Assembly (NCBI GenBank): GCA_051362555.1
Contig: CM120640.1
Location: forward strand, 9,362,001 to 9,426,000
Direction: 5' to 3'
Origin: Lingula anatina
Lineage: Eukaryota; Animalia; Brachiopoda
DNA length: 64,000 nucleotides
The notes under the pieces were generated by a model, which saw only the letters and a list, made by a program, of their open reading frames with translations, did not search any database and was not told where the DNA came from. Position 1 is the first letter of the stretch. Every line of letters begins with the position of its first letter. A program made the translations under genes and the position numbers. Positions 12,901 to 25,000 of the stretch are shown here, piece after piece.

Positions 12901-15900
12901 TATTATCATTATTGTAAGAGGGTACTCAGTAGAGCACTGCAGATTAAAACAAATTCAAATACTTACACAGGGCATCATCACTGCCTATTCTGTGGAAATG
13001 TTTGCAGGTTTTAGTGCATCTGTTCAACTCTTTGTGTGACAGAAAAGAGAAAATATGTAGCCATATCTCATCAGGGAGGCACAGCCACATGGAAAAGTCT
13101 CCTTCCAAGATGCGTGGACTCTGAAATATGTATTATTAAATTCACGTTTATTAGCAAGGGATAAATTAAGACTTTTTTCAGGGTTGAAGATTAACATCTG
13201 ACAACAGTAACTCAAATTATCATGCAGAAAGAAATGTCACTTTTTAAAGCTTTTTTTTTTTCATACTATACTGGTCAACTTTTAGGAATTTTTCTTATGT
13301 TTCTCTTGTTTGAAAGGTTCTGTAACAAACTTACCATTTCAATATATCTGTCATATGTCTGCATTGCACTTTTTGTTCTTGCACTTGCTATCCCTAAAAA
13401 AGAAAAGTTGCAGTCTAAATTGAATCAACATGCGATAATTGAATTGAAATGTATTAGAAAAGGCAAATTTTTTTAAGGCTGTAATATTCAGTTTTTAATG
13501 TACAGTTGGATGATTAAATTTAGTAATCATATTCATTACTTCTGCCAACCCTCTGCATTCATATATTTACATTTCCACAGAAATCATCCACTTATATCAT
13601 ACTCAAATGTCCAAAAACTTTCCACTATACCTGATGACACAAGAGCTGGTCTGATAGAAAAGGCACCATCTCCTTGGCCTATTTCCCTGTGTGAAAGTGA
13701 GGGGGAGTAGTTTCCACCCCTGGGTCTGTCACCCCTCCTCGAAAGAGTCGGGGAGAACTGACCACTTCTAGGTCTGTCTCCACCAAAGTTCCCACTATTC
13801 CTACAAAAATCCAAATATAAGATATAAGCACATTTGCAAATATATTTCATAGATACCACACCTTTTTTGATGTTGTTGGTCTTTGACTGCATAATGACAG
13901 TATGTTATAATTTATAATACAGGATGCGCATACAGTGTACAATGTACTGTTATTTGAGAGAGATGTATAATGAACTATGTCAAAAATGTAAATTAATCTT
14001 TAAAATTAAAACAATAACTTGACAATTATAAAAAATAATGGCAACCACTAACAACAAATAAGCTAAGGCCTATACATTGTCAGAACTACAAATTCATCAT
14101 AGTTTCATGTCTGTTAAGAAACTTACTTGGGTCTTGCTCCACCGCTCCCAGCTTGTCTACTGCTGTCTACTCCACCCATTCCTCTGTCCCCACTGGTTGG
14201 TCTCCTCAGCCTCATATCAACACCACTCCTACTGTTTCTCACCTCAGAGTCCAACACTCGGTCAATTTGCGATCCAGCAGGTGTTTTGGCACTAGAAGGT
14301 CTCTGCCTGCTGGAGTCTTGGCTTCTGTTTATGCCTGCACTGGAAGGTCTTTTATGACTAGATTCGCGACTACTGCTGTTCACCACAGCACTTGAAGGTC
14401 TTTTCCTACGTGCTATATTCTCTGTAGAGCTCCCTGTATCCACATTGCTGTCACTGCTCTTCCCCTGGGGTCTCCTTTGACCTTTAGCACTGCTGGGTCG
14501 ACCTGGAGATGGACTAGGCTGCAGACTGGACCTTGGCTTGATTTCTCCAGGATTGTAAGATGACCATGCCAAACTGGACCTTGCCCATTTTCTTTTATAG
14601 GGCTCATTTTCAATAGATGCCTTTACCTTGCTCTGCACTGCTTTTGGTTTCGATTTGCTGGGCAACTTGTCTCCAGATTTCTTGGGAACAGGTTTTACTC
14701 TTGGGTCTTCATGGAGTTTCTCTAGGAATGCATTTGATTCTGGCTCATTGGGACCTGAACTACTTTCTAGTCCACCCTGACTGAGGTGGTTCACTCCACC
14801 CACAGCTCCAAGGTGGGCTTGTTCTTGGCAGCTAACTAGTGGTGGTACTACACCTACTTTATTGCCTTCATCTTCAGCTTCATCATCTGTGTCAGAAATC
14901 GGGCCCCTGTCTTTGTCACTGTCTGAGAGATTTAGATTTGGGACATCATCATTAGACTGTCTAATGGCAAAGTTACTATTGCTGTTTCTTTCAATGACTT
15001 CAATTTCACTGTCTTGAGAAACTGTTCTGTTGTGCTTTTCCTTCTGTTTTTGAAAATAGTTTAAAAATTGGGAGTGGCCATCTTTTTTCTCGTCATCTTC
15101 ATCATCTTCTTCTGGGGATTCATTCATATTTAAATCAAGAGAAAGCTCAGATTTTAAAGTTTCATTTTTGAGAGAACTAGTTTCTTCTTGGTTTGGTTCA
15201 TCAACAGCTTTAAACAAATGTGATGGCAGGTGACTCTTCAGTTCTTCTTTCTCAACCAAATCAGAGCTAGGTGGGGGGTTTTCTTTCTCCTTGAAAACAT
15301 CCTGGTGCGAAGCTTGTTTTCTGTCCTCTGTAAAATTTCTTGGCTTGAACCATCCATCAAGTTGGATATCAGAATCGTTTTCTTTCTCTTGAGCCTTGTG
15401 ATGGGAAAAAGCTTCCGATGAAGATTTAAGCATCTTGGCAGTTGCTACACTAGAGCTCTCAGTAGCTCTAATGGGGATTTTAGATTTCTTCTGCTTAACT
15501 GGTACTGGTTCCACACCTATCAATACACAGCTGCATTCTATGCACCAACTGAGATACGTCTTATTCAATGCTGCACATTCTGGACATACCAAAACTTCCT
15601 GAGGAGGACTAGAATTTGTGCTGTCTACCTTACTTTCATGTTTGCCACTGTGCTGATTGTCAGATGATTTGTCTGCCGATTTTGGCTCTTTTTGACCCTT
15701 ATCTTTCAGGAATGTCAGATCAATTCCCATTCGTTGAAGCCTCTCAGTAATTCCACCAACCCTGATGCTTCTCTCCAATTCCAGAACCTCGCGACTCCTC
15801 CTCACCTCCCCATCACTCTCATGAAGAGCCGCCTCATCTTGGTCTATCTTCTGCTCAGGAATAGGTTCAAAGTTGTCAGAGAAAGATTCTCCATCTCTGC

Positions 15901-18900
15901 TGATCTCTTTGAGAGAGGAGAAGTATCTGTCCAGAGATGAGTTGGAGAAGGCTGGAGTTAGGGTCCCCTGTTCAACTGTATTACCAGCATCTGCACCCTG
16001 TTCATTTGTTGTGCTTCTTCTGTAAAAGGAAAAAATATGGAAAGAAATCACTCTTGGCATACATTTGTAGGTTTGCTTAGCTAAAGCATAGAAAATCAAA
16101 CCTATCAATATCATCAAATTTATAAAAGCTCTATTTTTTTTTTTTTTTTTTTTTGCATACATGTATCTAAAAAAGGTATATGGATTCATTTTCTTTGCGA
16201 ACTAAACCAATTATCAGGGGCGGATCCAAAGATTTTTTTTCTGACAGTCTCCCAAATTATCTTTGTTACCATCCTCCATTTTTGACCGTCTTCCAAAAGA
16301 AAAAAATAGATACCTGTCAATGTAAACTTGAAAATCTGACCGTCTTCCAGAAGACCCAGAAGACGGCCTAAATCCGCCCCTGATTATAACTGACAGGACA
16401 GGAGGAAGAATACTTGTTAACTGGAGAAAGTCCTCTGTAAGGTAATTGGATGGTAGAACCTCTCAAAATATACTGGTATGTACAGCTGTATCACTAAGGT
16501 ATATCACTCAATAATAAAAGCCCTTATGTCAAAGTATGTTCTAAATCTAAACCTCAAGTTGGGGGTTTCGGGAATAAAAAACTTTAAAATGGCAGGTTAC
16601 AGGTCCGAAACTTACTTATGCTGATGATGTTGTCTTACAGCTTCCAGGTGCATGTTCTTCCTGGGTGTCTCTGGGGCACTGACAGTTCTCTGGTGTCTCC
16701 TGGGGGAGGGCATTCCACTGCCGAATATACTGTGATAGGCTGGAGGGTCTATCTGAGGGTAACCCTGTGTCTGAGAGGGCCCTCCTGGTCCTGGGAACTC
16801 TTCATTCACTTTCTTAAGGAAACTATCATATTGGATCGGATCCCATTGCGGTAATTTTGTTTGGGTCTCGGGTACTGCATTCTTTTGATTTATCAATTCA
16901 TCTTCTTTTGCTTCCTTAAAGCTTTTATATTCATATTTCTCTGGCTGAGCATGATTTTTCAAATGCTGCTTGGCTCCTTTTGGCTTCATGGTTGGTTTTA
17001 CCTTCCTAAATTCTCTATCGTCTTCAGTTCCAAATTTCTCTGCCTGCTTGTAGATTTCTTCAGCTGAGAAAGCAACATTTGCTGAAATAGCTGGAACAAG
17101 TATCTCTTCAAAATTCTTAGCTTGTTTGGAAATAGTAGGGTTGGCAGCTTGGTGACTCTTTGGAGGTGTTCTAAATATGGCATCAAATTCATCATTTGGG
17201 TCATAACCTGGTCTATGAGTTTTCAATTCAAGGTTCTCTTCTCCCTCATCAGCAGTTTTCCCAGATACATAATATGGCACATGATGTGATTGTGATTCAT
17301 ATTGTTGTAGTTTGTTTATGAACTTATCTCTTGGGCTCTTAGGAACACTATGGGTATGTTGACTGTAGTTGTATTCATTTTGTAGTTGTTCTTCATCTGG
17401 ACAATGTCCCTGGTTCCAATGTCTATGTGCTTCCTCTGAATAAGCTCTGCGTTCTACATGGTTACTTTTCTTTTGCTCTATGCTGCTTTCGTGGCGAACA
17501 ACTCCATTGTAATAAGATGGATCTACTGCCTTGGGAACTTGACTGGCTTTATCTGAAGAATATTTGTGATAATAACCCTCTCTGGTATTCTGCCTCTGTT
17601 TCCATGCTGCAGAAACTCTAATATCTGTCAAATCAGGCTCATCATGATAGCGCTGTTGCTTTTTCTTTTTTTCAGTATACTCTTGATACTTATCATCACC
17701 AAGAGCTGTTTTTAGTCCTTTTTCATAAAACTCATTAAACACTTCCATTTCCCTTTCCTGTTTTGCCTTGGCCTCTTTTTCCAGTATATGATTTACTATC
17801 TGTCCATATTTGTCAATCAATTTAGGTTGTTCCATCAGATTCTTGTCACAGTTTGTGGTTTTCGGTTTTGCTGTCTGTTGAACCCCAATGCCATATTTTC
17901 TTTTATAAAAATCTAAGATGTTCTCTGCTTCATCTGGTCCACCTTGATCACCTTCAGCATTTCGTCCACTTTCTCTTTGCCAATCTGAAGTCTCATAGTT
18001 GCCATGACCCTGAGCAGGCTGCCTCAGATGAACATCATCTCTACCTAGCTGACTAGGCCATGCAGTAGGTACAGGGGCTTCATCATGTAGCTGCCTGTTA
18101 CTGTCACCAACAACCTTATACTCTTGGCCAAATTTACTGGTCTGCCTTGTTGCATGATGGAAATCTTCATACTGTAAGTTGACATTTTCTCTGAGACCTG
18201 CTGGTCCCTTATGCATCATGTATTGACTCCCTTCTGATCTGTCAGAGTCTGGGCGATGAGTTTCTAGTCCTAAATCGTCTTCTTCATCATCATCAAATTT
18301 TGTAGACTTGTTAAAATAGCTCCGCATTTTTTCTGGAGATTCTGGTCTTGGGGAGTTTGTTTTATGCTTTACAGGAGTCCCTCGCGATGAAGATAGGAAT
18401 ATTTCTTCAACAGCTTCTTTGTTTGGGGACTTCTTTTTTGATATGACAGAAGGTGAACTTTTGACATCATTAAACTGCTGTTTCTCTTCCACATTACCAT
18501 GATAGGGAGCTTCTCTTGTTGTTGAAAAATCAAGTTTCCTAGTTGGTTTAGTAGAGCTCTCATTTATTGCTTTGCTATTTGATCGAATGTGGTCATTTGA
18601 ATTCCTATATGGATTCCTCAACTGGTTTGTACTTGTGTTTTTATTCATTGGAGAAGAGTTTACATTTACGTCCCTCCTATTCTCTCTGTCATAATACTTG
18701 GATGTCTGGATGGACTTAGGGCCCGATCTATTGAGTTCTGACCTATCAAAAGAAAGCATCAAGTGAGCCTATAGAACTAACTATGAAGGAAGACTACTGC
18801 ACTTGGCTAATGCTATCAAATACTCCTTTTAAAACAATGAAAGGCAGCTCAAAGATTGTTAAAGAAAAAATATCTTCATCCCAGTTACTGGTCAAACATA

Positions 18901-19474
18901 CTGTACTTCACAAGTGATAAAAGATAATCTACATGCATGTAGATTATCTTTTATCACAAGTGATAAAAGATAATCTACATGCATGTATTAAATACAGCAA
19001 ATAGAATGTCTCTTTATACTTATGCACACAGAGTTTTCAATCATCTGTTATCCAAAGGTGCATTCACACTGAACATAGACTGATCCTTCATAGCAAAACT
19101 CTTCTTTGAAAGCTAAACTTACCTAGAGCTGAAAATATACATAAGCATTCTGTTCTCCAAAGTCAGCCACATGCTGTGCAATGGAATGGGCAGACTGGTG
19201 GGACAGAGAGCAGGATGATTACATTTGCTGCCTATGGTAAGCTTAGCTTAATCGGGCATTCCAGAAGAGAGAGTAATACCAAGAAGAATCAACTTATTTC
19301 AAATGTAAATACACCTTCAGGAATTAATCCATACCTAGACTCATTTTTATGTGAATTCTCTGCAACTGTTGCATTTCTACTGTTGCCTTGTTGTGCATTA
19401 AAATAAGCCAGTCGCTTCAATCGAATAGCTTTTAGTTCTCTTGATCTGGGTGAATCTGTTACACGCTGCTCCAT
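8161..19474 (-). CDS. F-box/leucine-rich-repeat protein (FBXL-like, ~1859 aa) with long low-complexity N-terminus and a CxxC-CxxC zinc ribbon
   Basis: Exons (minus) 19474-19335, 18742-16616, 16019-14127, 13800-13631, 13393-13335, 13120-12967, 12619-12456, 12043-11889, 11633-11553, 11292-11181, 10159-10082, 9765-9638, 9369-9253, 9058-8948, 8251-8161. All GT-AG and phase-consistent (5580 nt). F-box: WLCLPDEIWLHIFSFLSHKELNRCTKTCKHFHRIGSDDALW. Cys-containing LRRs: HLDLSWCNIND, MKLNGCQMITD, LVLANCLRITD, LKISFCQDITE. Confidence 0.85.
8517..8569 (-). mobile_element. 5'-truncated non-LTR retrotransposon 3' end (RTE-like) with target-site duplication
   Basis: 13-bp direct repeat AAAGTGAAGCAGT at 8504-8516 and 8570-8582. 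It flanks (minus) GTGGCCTTATGTCCCACATGGGACGAAGAGGAA plus a (TGA)n tail, a hairpin-plus-short-repeat 3' end typical of RTE elements. Confidence 0.75.
9933..9982. repeat. (ATT)n microsatellite
   Basis: Direct reading. Confidence 0.95.
10447..11200 (-). repeat. 30-bp minisatellite (~25 units) derived from the F-box gene exon/intron junction, with a 299-bp higher-order duplication
   Basis: Minus-strand unit GTAAGTGTCAGTGTGGGACAGTGTCACAGG. Its last 20 nt match the exon end ATGTGGGGCGGTGTCACAGG. The same run of variant units (a 29-bp unit, a GAAAGT unit, a TGA unit) recurs 299 bp apart. Degenerate units continue to ~10360. Confidence 0.97.
12296..12397 (-). pseudogene. Degenerate tandem copy of the 3' half of F-box gene exon 12619-12456 (pseudo-exon), retaining its donor
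   Basis: Copy AATGGAGTGATAGTCACTG...TCAGGCACTGTGCTATTTGATTGCAG|gtaatg versus exon AATGGGGTGACAGTCACTG...TCAGGCACTGTGCAACATCACTGCAG|gtatgg. The copy has indels and a TGA in the homologous frame. Confidence 0.8.
16215..16382. mobile_element. MITE with CAGGGGCGGAT terminal inverted repeats
   Basis: CAGGGGCGGAT ... ATCCGCCCCTG, flanked on both sides by ATTAT. Internal direct repeat TGACCGTCTTCCA. Confidence 0.75.
18914..18987. repeat. Perfect 44-bp palindrome followed by a third, direct copy of the arm
   Basis: GTGATAAAAGATAATCTACATG|CATGTAGATTATCTTTTATCAC (18914-18957), then AA, then GTGATAAAAGATAATCTACATGCATGTA. Confidence 0.95.
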
Positions 19475-20056
19475 AATACATCACTTTTCACCAGCTTCAC
19501 AAGATACATGTATGCATACCATTACCTTAAAAAGATGTTAATCATACCCAATGATTTTATGCCATCATAGTTTTACATGGAAATCATTTTTACATGGAAA
19601 TCTAGTAGTCTATATACATTTAAGTGCAGGAGCAATTATAACCCAATAATAATTATATTAATTACATGGCTTATCAGATGACGTACATCTCCTGCTGCTA
19701 TGATAGTTAAATAATATTGAAGAGGGAAAGTAAATGAATGAAGACTGGTGAGGGAAATTTACAAAACAACCATTATTCATGGATAATTCAGGCATGGAAG
19801 TTAAATTGGTAGACAAAAAAATCCATGTGATGTATCATGTATGTTTATTTTAAGTGATAGACGCATACCCACGCAAGTGATCAAACAAGCACCCAAGTCT
19901 TTTTCATTCCACTGCACGTATCGACTCATTGATCCTCCTTACCAGGAATTTATCACTATCAAAGACCAAAAATGCATGCATCTCACTTATGTGTGATGTT
20001 GCAAACAAAAATGCGACTTAACCTTTGGTTTCCATGCCGTGTTGCATTTTACTTAC

Positions 20057-20370
20057 ATGTCATGAAAGCTTCGTATGCATGTATTCATCAAAATTCACCA
20101 ACTCCCGGGCACCTGCTCGAACTCATTGCCGCCATATTGTTTGGTGTTGGCATGCAAAACTCCCAGACTCCTTTATATTTTTCTCGTACTTTACCTTATT
20201 TGAGTCATTAGAACTAATAAGTATATATAAATGAATATAACTGCTTTTTTGTCTTTTCATTAAGATTTTTATTTTGATAAAGATATCAATATATTTTGGG
20301 TTATTACTGTAATAACGCCAATCTCGCCAATTCTCGCACTTGTGTGTCTCATGGCGGAATAACGTGGGGT
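20057..20370. promoter_or_regulatory. Bidirectional CpG-containing promoter with putative non-coding first exons of the F-box gene (-) and SF3A2 (+)
   Basis: Local CpG enrichment. YY1-like GCCGCCATATTG at 20128-20139 and ATGGCGG at 20351 in opposite orientations. Donors CAT|GTAAGT (minus, 20056) and GGG|GTAAGC (plus, 20369). Confidence 0.6.
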
Positions 20371-21916
20371 AAGCATTGCATTGTATTTCCTTTTGTTTTT
20401 ACATATCTGGAAGGTTAAATACGGTGCCTTGTTTACTTTTTTAAAGACGGTGTGATTTTGGAGTACGCTGGAGGTGCGTAGCAAGAATCAAACACTGTAT
20501 TCCATAATTTTATTTACTGTTAACAAAAAGCCGGTGATTTGGGTAGTCTACACTTGGCTGTCACCTTGTTCTGTTGATGAACCTGAAAAGTAAGTTAAAC
20601 AACATTTGTGAAACCATACCAAAACGTTAAACAAGCAAAAATTAATAAATATTTTTGAACAGATTTAATCTAATAGCCATGCATGGCCTATAATGGAAGA
20701 GGGGGCATTTTTGCAGTATGCCACCCACTTTCTTAAGTTACAACTAGTCTAGACTAAGGTCTTTACTGGTCTTTACTTTTCATTGTTTTTCCAAATAAAA
20801 TTATGTTTTGACTTTCACAAGTATCTTTGCGAATCCAATGAATTAATTTGAAAATATACTCACCAATTATGACTTATGATTGTGTAAAATGTTTTAATGT
20901 AGTCCTGTGGAATAGCTTTGGATGAATTTGAATACTGGTAAATGTCCAGATATAATTTTCTAATAGAGTGTCTTTAAATTTTCCATTTTATTGTCAGCAG
21001 TTATGTCCTATAGGCAAACTGCTTGGGCCCAAAGTACATTCATTTCCTTTTGGCCAGTAAGCATCAACATTTTATTAAATTTAAAAGAACCGTTATTTTG
21101 TATATATACAAAGTACATATCTAACATAACAAGGTACATATCTAATTTTCATAATTTTCATTCATGAATAATTTAGTTAGCAATAAAAAAAACGCAAGAT
21201 GCCGTTCTTTCACAGCACAATACTCAAAACTAATGAGCACCATGTCACAACAAGCGCATTGTAAGGCTGTTCTTTTGAAAGTTGCAAGTCTGCATTATAG
21301 GTATTGACATGTATGGCACAGTAAAGTAAATGGATATTCTTAACATTGGGAGCTTGTTTGTGTGTGTGTGTGTGTGTTAGAGAGAGAGAGATTTCTTTGA
21401 TCTATTTTAGAAATATTTGGAAATTCAGCTTTTTAAATCTCCAGTTGAATTGTGTATTGCAGATGCTTGGTAATCATCAGTAACCTTTCAGCTAACTTTT
21501 CAGCTTCATGTGACAACTATCCTCTTTTGATTAAGTTTTTTAATTGTCAATATTTTTAATATGACAGTGATTTTTTTTTTAATTAGTGCTACTAAGGTAC
21601 ATTTCCCAAGTACTTTAGTTTAATGCAGTTATAATATATTCACAATATTAATTGATCTCTGAGAGATATTACAAATAGATTTAACTGTTCACAACAAACA
21701 TAATGTGTTTAAAATATCTTGAATGTGAAGTGCCTTGTATTCTTGCACCATTTATTGCATTTTTAAAAAGCTATCTAGATATTAATTGCTGTATTAAATA
21801 CATGAAGTGTCTTGTGAGGAAAATGTGTTGCTGTCAACATGTTTCTTTTTGTTTCAGGATTCTTGTGAAAAAATACTCGATCTCTTACTGGTCACATTTG
21901 ATCAGAGGAAGGCAAA

Positions 21917-22064
21917 ATGGATTTCCAACACAGAGCTGGTGGCAAGACAGGCTCTGGGGGTGTGGCCTCTGCCTCAGAGTCCAATAGAGACAGGAGGGAG
22001 AGACTGAGGCAGCTGGCTTTGGAGACCATTGATTTAAATAAGGTAGTGTTTTTAAATAATTTAA

Positions 22065-22099
<35 letters not shown>

Positions 22100-25000
22100 G
22101 CTCTGTGACACTGATTGTATTGTTTTTTTTAGCAAAAAAAGTAAATTTAACTGAAATTTAAGTAAAGTTCACACTTAAAATCTTAATACATAAGATTTAT
22201 TTTTTTTTGTACAGTTAATGTTTTTTTTCTCGAAAGAATAATATGTACTTTTTAAAGTTAGACTTATATGTTAATCTACCTTGATGATTTTGATATTTTA
22301 AACTTAATTTCTATAAAGCATATTTTGATTGAGTTTATGTTTATTCCAGGATCCATATTTTATGAGAAACCATTTGGGCTCATATGAGTGCAAGTTGTGT
22401 CTTACTTTACACAATAATGAAGGCAGTTATCTGGCACATACCCAGGGCAAGAAACATCAGGCAAACTTGTAAGTGTTGTCTTGGCTTTTAATCTGTTTGG
22501 TTAATGCATTACTTTAGCACAGGAAATTGTGCTCATTGTCACTGAGAAAAGGTGACGTGAGACATGCAACCATTTTATTATGTATTTGTGCATATTATTA
22601 ACTGTGAAATTGTGCTCATTGTCACTGAATAGGGAATGTGAGACATGCAACTATTTTTTTTTTTTTTTTTTTTTTTTTTGGTATTAGTACATGGGATGAA
22701 CTGTGAAAGTGTGCTCATTGTCAATGAGCAAGGGTGATGTTTTTTAAGTGTTTGTACATAGGATTAATATATGATATCTTTAACAGATTATAAACAAAGA
22801 TGAACATTTTTAATTATTTATTTTTTGTATAATCCACATACAACTGGATACTTAGTAAAACATTCGCTTTTCTCTATAGAGCCCGTCGTGCAGCAAAGGA
22901 AGCCAAAGATGCCCCTGCCCAGCCAGCTCCAGAGAGAGCAAGAGTGGAAATAAAGAAATTTGTCAAAATTGGACGACCTGGGTATAAAGTTACCAAACAA
23001 AGGGACCCAGAGAATGGGCAACAAAGTTTACTATTCCAGGTAAAGAAAGAAAATTAAACCTGTCGTGATAAGTTAAGGTTGCCTGACCAAGTTATTTTAC
23101 GCAGGAGTTATGATATCTGTTAAACTTCAGATAAAGTTTGTGTGAGACTTCCTAATGTGACAGCAGTGACGCCCACACATTATCACAGCCTGATGTATTC
23201 AGGAAGGGACATCCGTGAGACATGAATATTTTCAGTTTGAATTAGAATAAATCAGGAAAAAAGTAAATGACAATTTTTCACCCTTAATACGTAAGTGACA
23301 GTCATAATGAGTTTATTTAAAGCAAATAGCAACCAAGAGGTTGAAGTTGTACAAATAAGTGAATTTGAAATTAAAATCTTTATATAAAGTAAAGGATTTG
23401 CATTATTGCATTTGCAAGATCAAATTGATTTCGAAATAGGATATGGACCTGTAAAAGTTAGATAAAGAAAAAGGTATAAAATGTTTTGTAAATGTTTGAT
23501 CTTGAATGTTTGTACCTTGATGTTAGATTGGCTATGTCTTAGCTTTCTGTATGTTCTTGAGGTAAATAATTAAGCTTGTGTTGTTCTTTATTGTCACGAA
23601 AAAAGATTTGCATTGTTCTTAGCTCTGCTTTTCTAAAGTAACATGTTTTGCTTTCATCAGGGCATCGCCATAAGATGAAGCAGGAAATATATTTTTTATG
23701 AAATAGGAGACATATTTTCATCACATATATGTGTTCTTTATGCAGATTGATTACCCAGAAATAGTGGAAGGGGTGGTACCAAGGCATCGATTCATGGCAG
23801 CATATGAACAAAAGGTAGAGCCACCAGACAAGAGCTGGCAGTATCTGCTCTTTGCTGCTGAACCTTATGAAACTATTGCTTTTAAGGTAGGGTGCATTCA
23901 GTTGCTTCCACCATTTCCTGTGAAATTTAGTCTTTGGGTTATAAGGATGGAAGATTTTAACTTTTTTAGGCCTTTTCAACAAGTAACACTTATTTCACAA
24001 CTTACATGATGCAATGCATAAAGCATGCAAGAAGTTGCACTACATTTAGATGTTATTTATCTACTTAAAGTTACATGTGAAGCATGCATAGATTTCCTGT
24101 TAAGCAAAAAAAAAAAACACTGCTTGTTTCCTATATGACTCAAACAAAGTTCAAATGCCAAAGAATAAACAAAATTAATCACTTAGTCAGCCAAAAATAA
24201 GCTTTAAAACTGCACCTTCGTCAAATTTCTGGTAGTAAACTAAACTTATTTATCCATCCATCCAGTAATTAAAAGTCTGCAAATTGATGTTGTAATGTGA
24301 GGGATAACTGCTGCATGCGCAATAGCATAAATATTTAAATGTCATTGAACCAAAATATATATATAGCACAGAAAGAAAGTAGAAAATTTTTGTTCAAATA
24401 TAGTTTTTCAGGAAGTAGAAGACCATACTCTTTGGTATTTCTATATGCTATTTGAAACTACATGATGTCGTTTGGTCAGTCTTAGTTGCATAGATTTGAC
24501 TTTATTATGGAACTTAAAAATACCTAAGATGTTGCAGTGTATGCATTGTATTCACAAATAAGTTTTTCATGGGGAACCTTTATGAATGCACCAAATACCA
24601 GAAGCTATCATATTGAAATGGATTAATTGTTGTCCAGATTATTTCCCAGAGAGTTACTTGCACAGGTGCAGTAAAAATCTTCCACTTTATTAACTGGTCT
24701 GATGTTTAATGAATTTTTTACTGTCTGTTGTATTATTAGAAAATTCCTCATATGGTAATACACATAACAGACTGACAAGCCTTTTCAGTTATGGAATTAT
24801 TATTATATTATATTGGTGCCCATTTAGCACCAAACCTGCATAGCATAGATACTGAAAAACATTAATATAGAACGGTGCAGTTGATTACCCCTGTTGTGTT
24901 GAGCTAAACAGATGGATGAGTCTCGAGTTATATTAAGAAAAACAGAATATTATCCATTGGCAAATAAATTTTATGAATGAAAAATTATCACAGAGTCTTT

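Noticed and set aside
14123-18762. The 688-aa and 716-aa ORFs as stand-alone genes
   Set aside because: Both begin with intronic sequence and end at GTAAGT donors, and their phases chain into the F-box gene.
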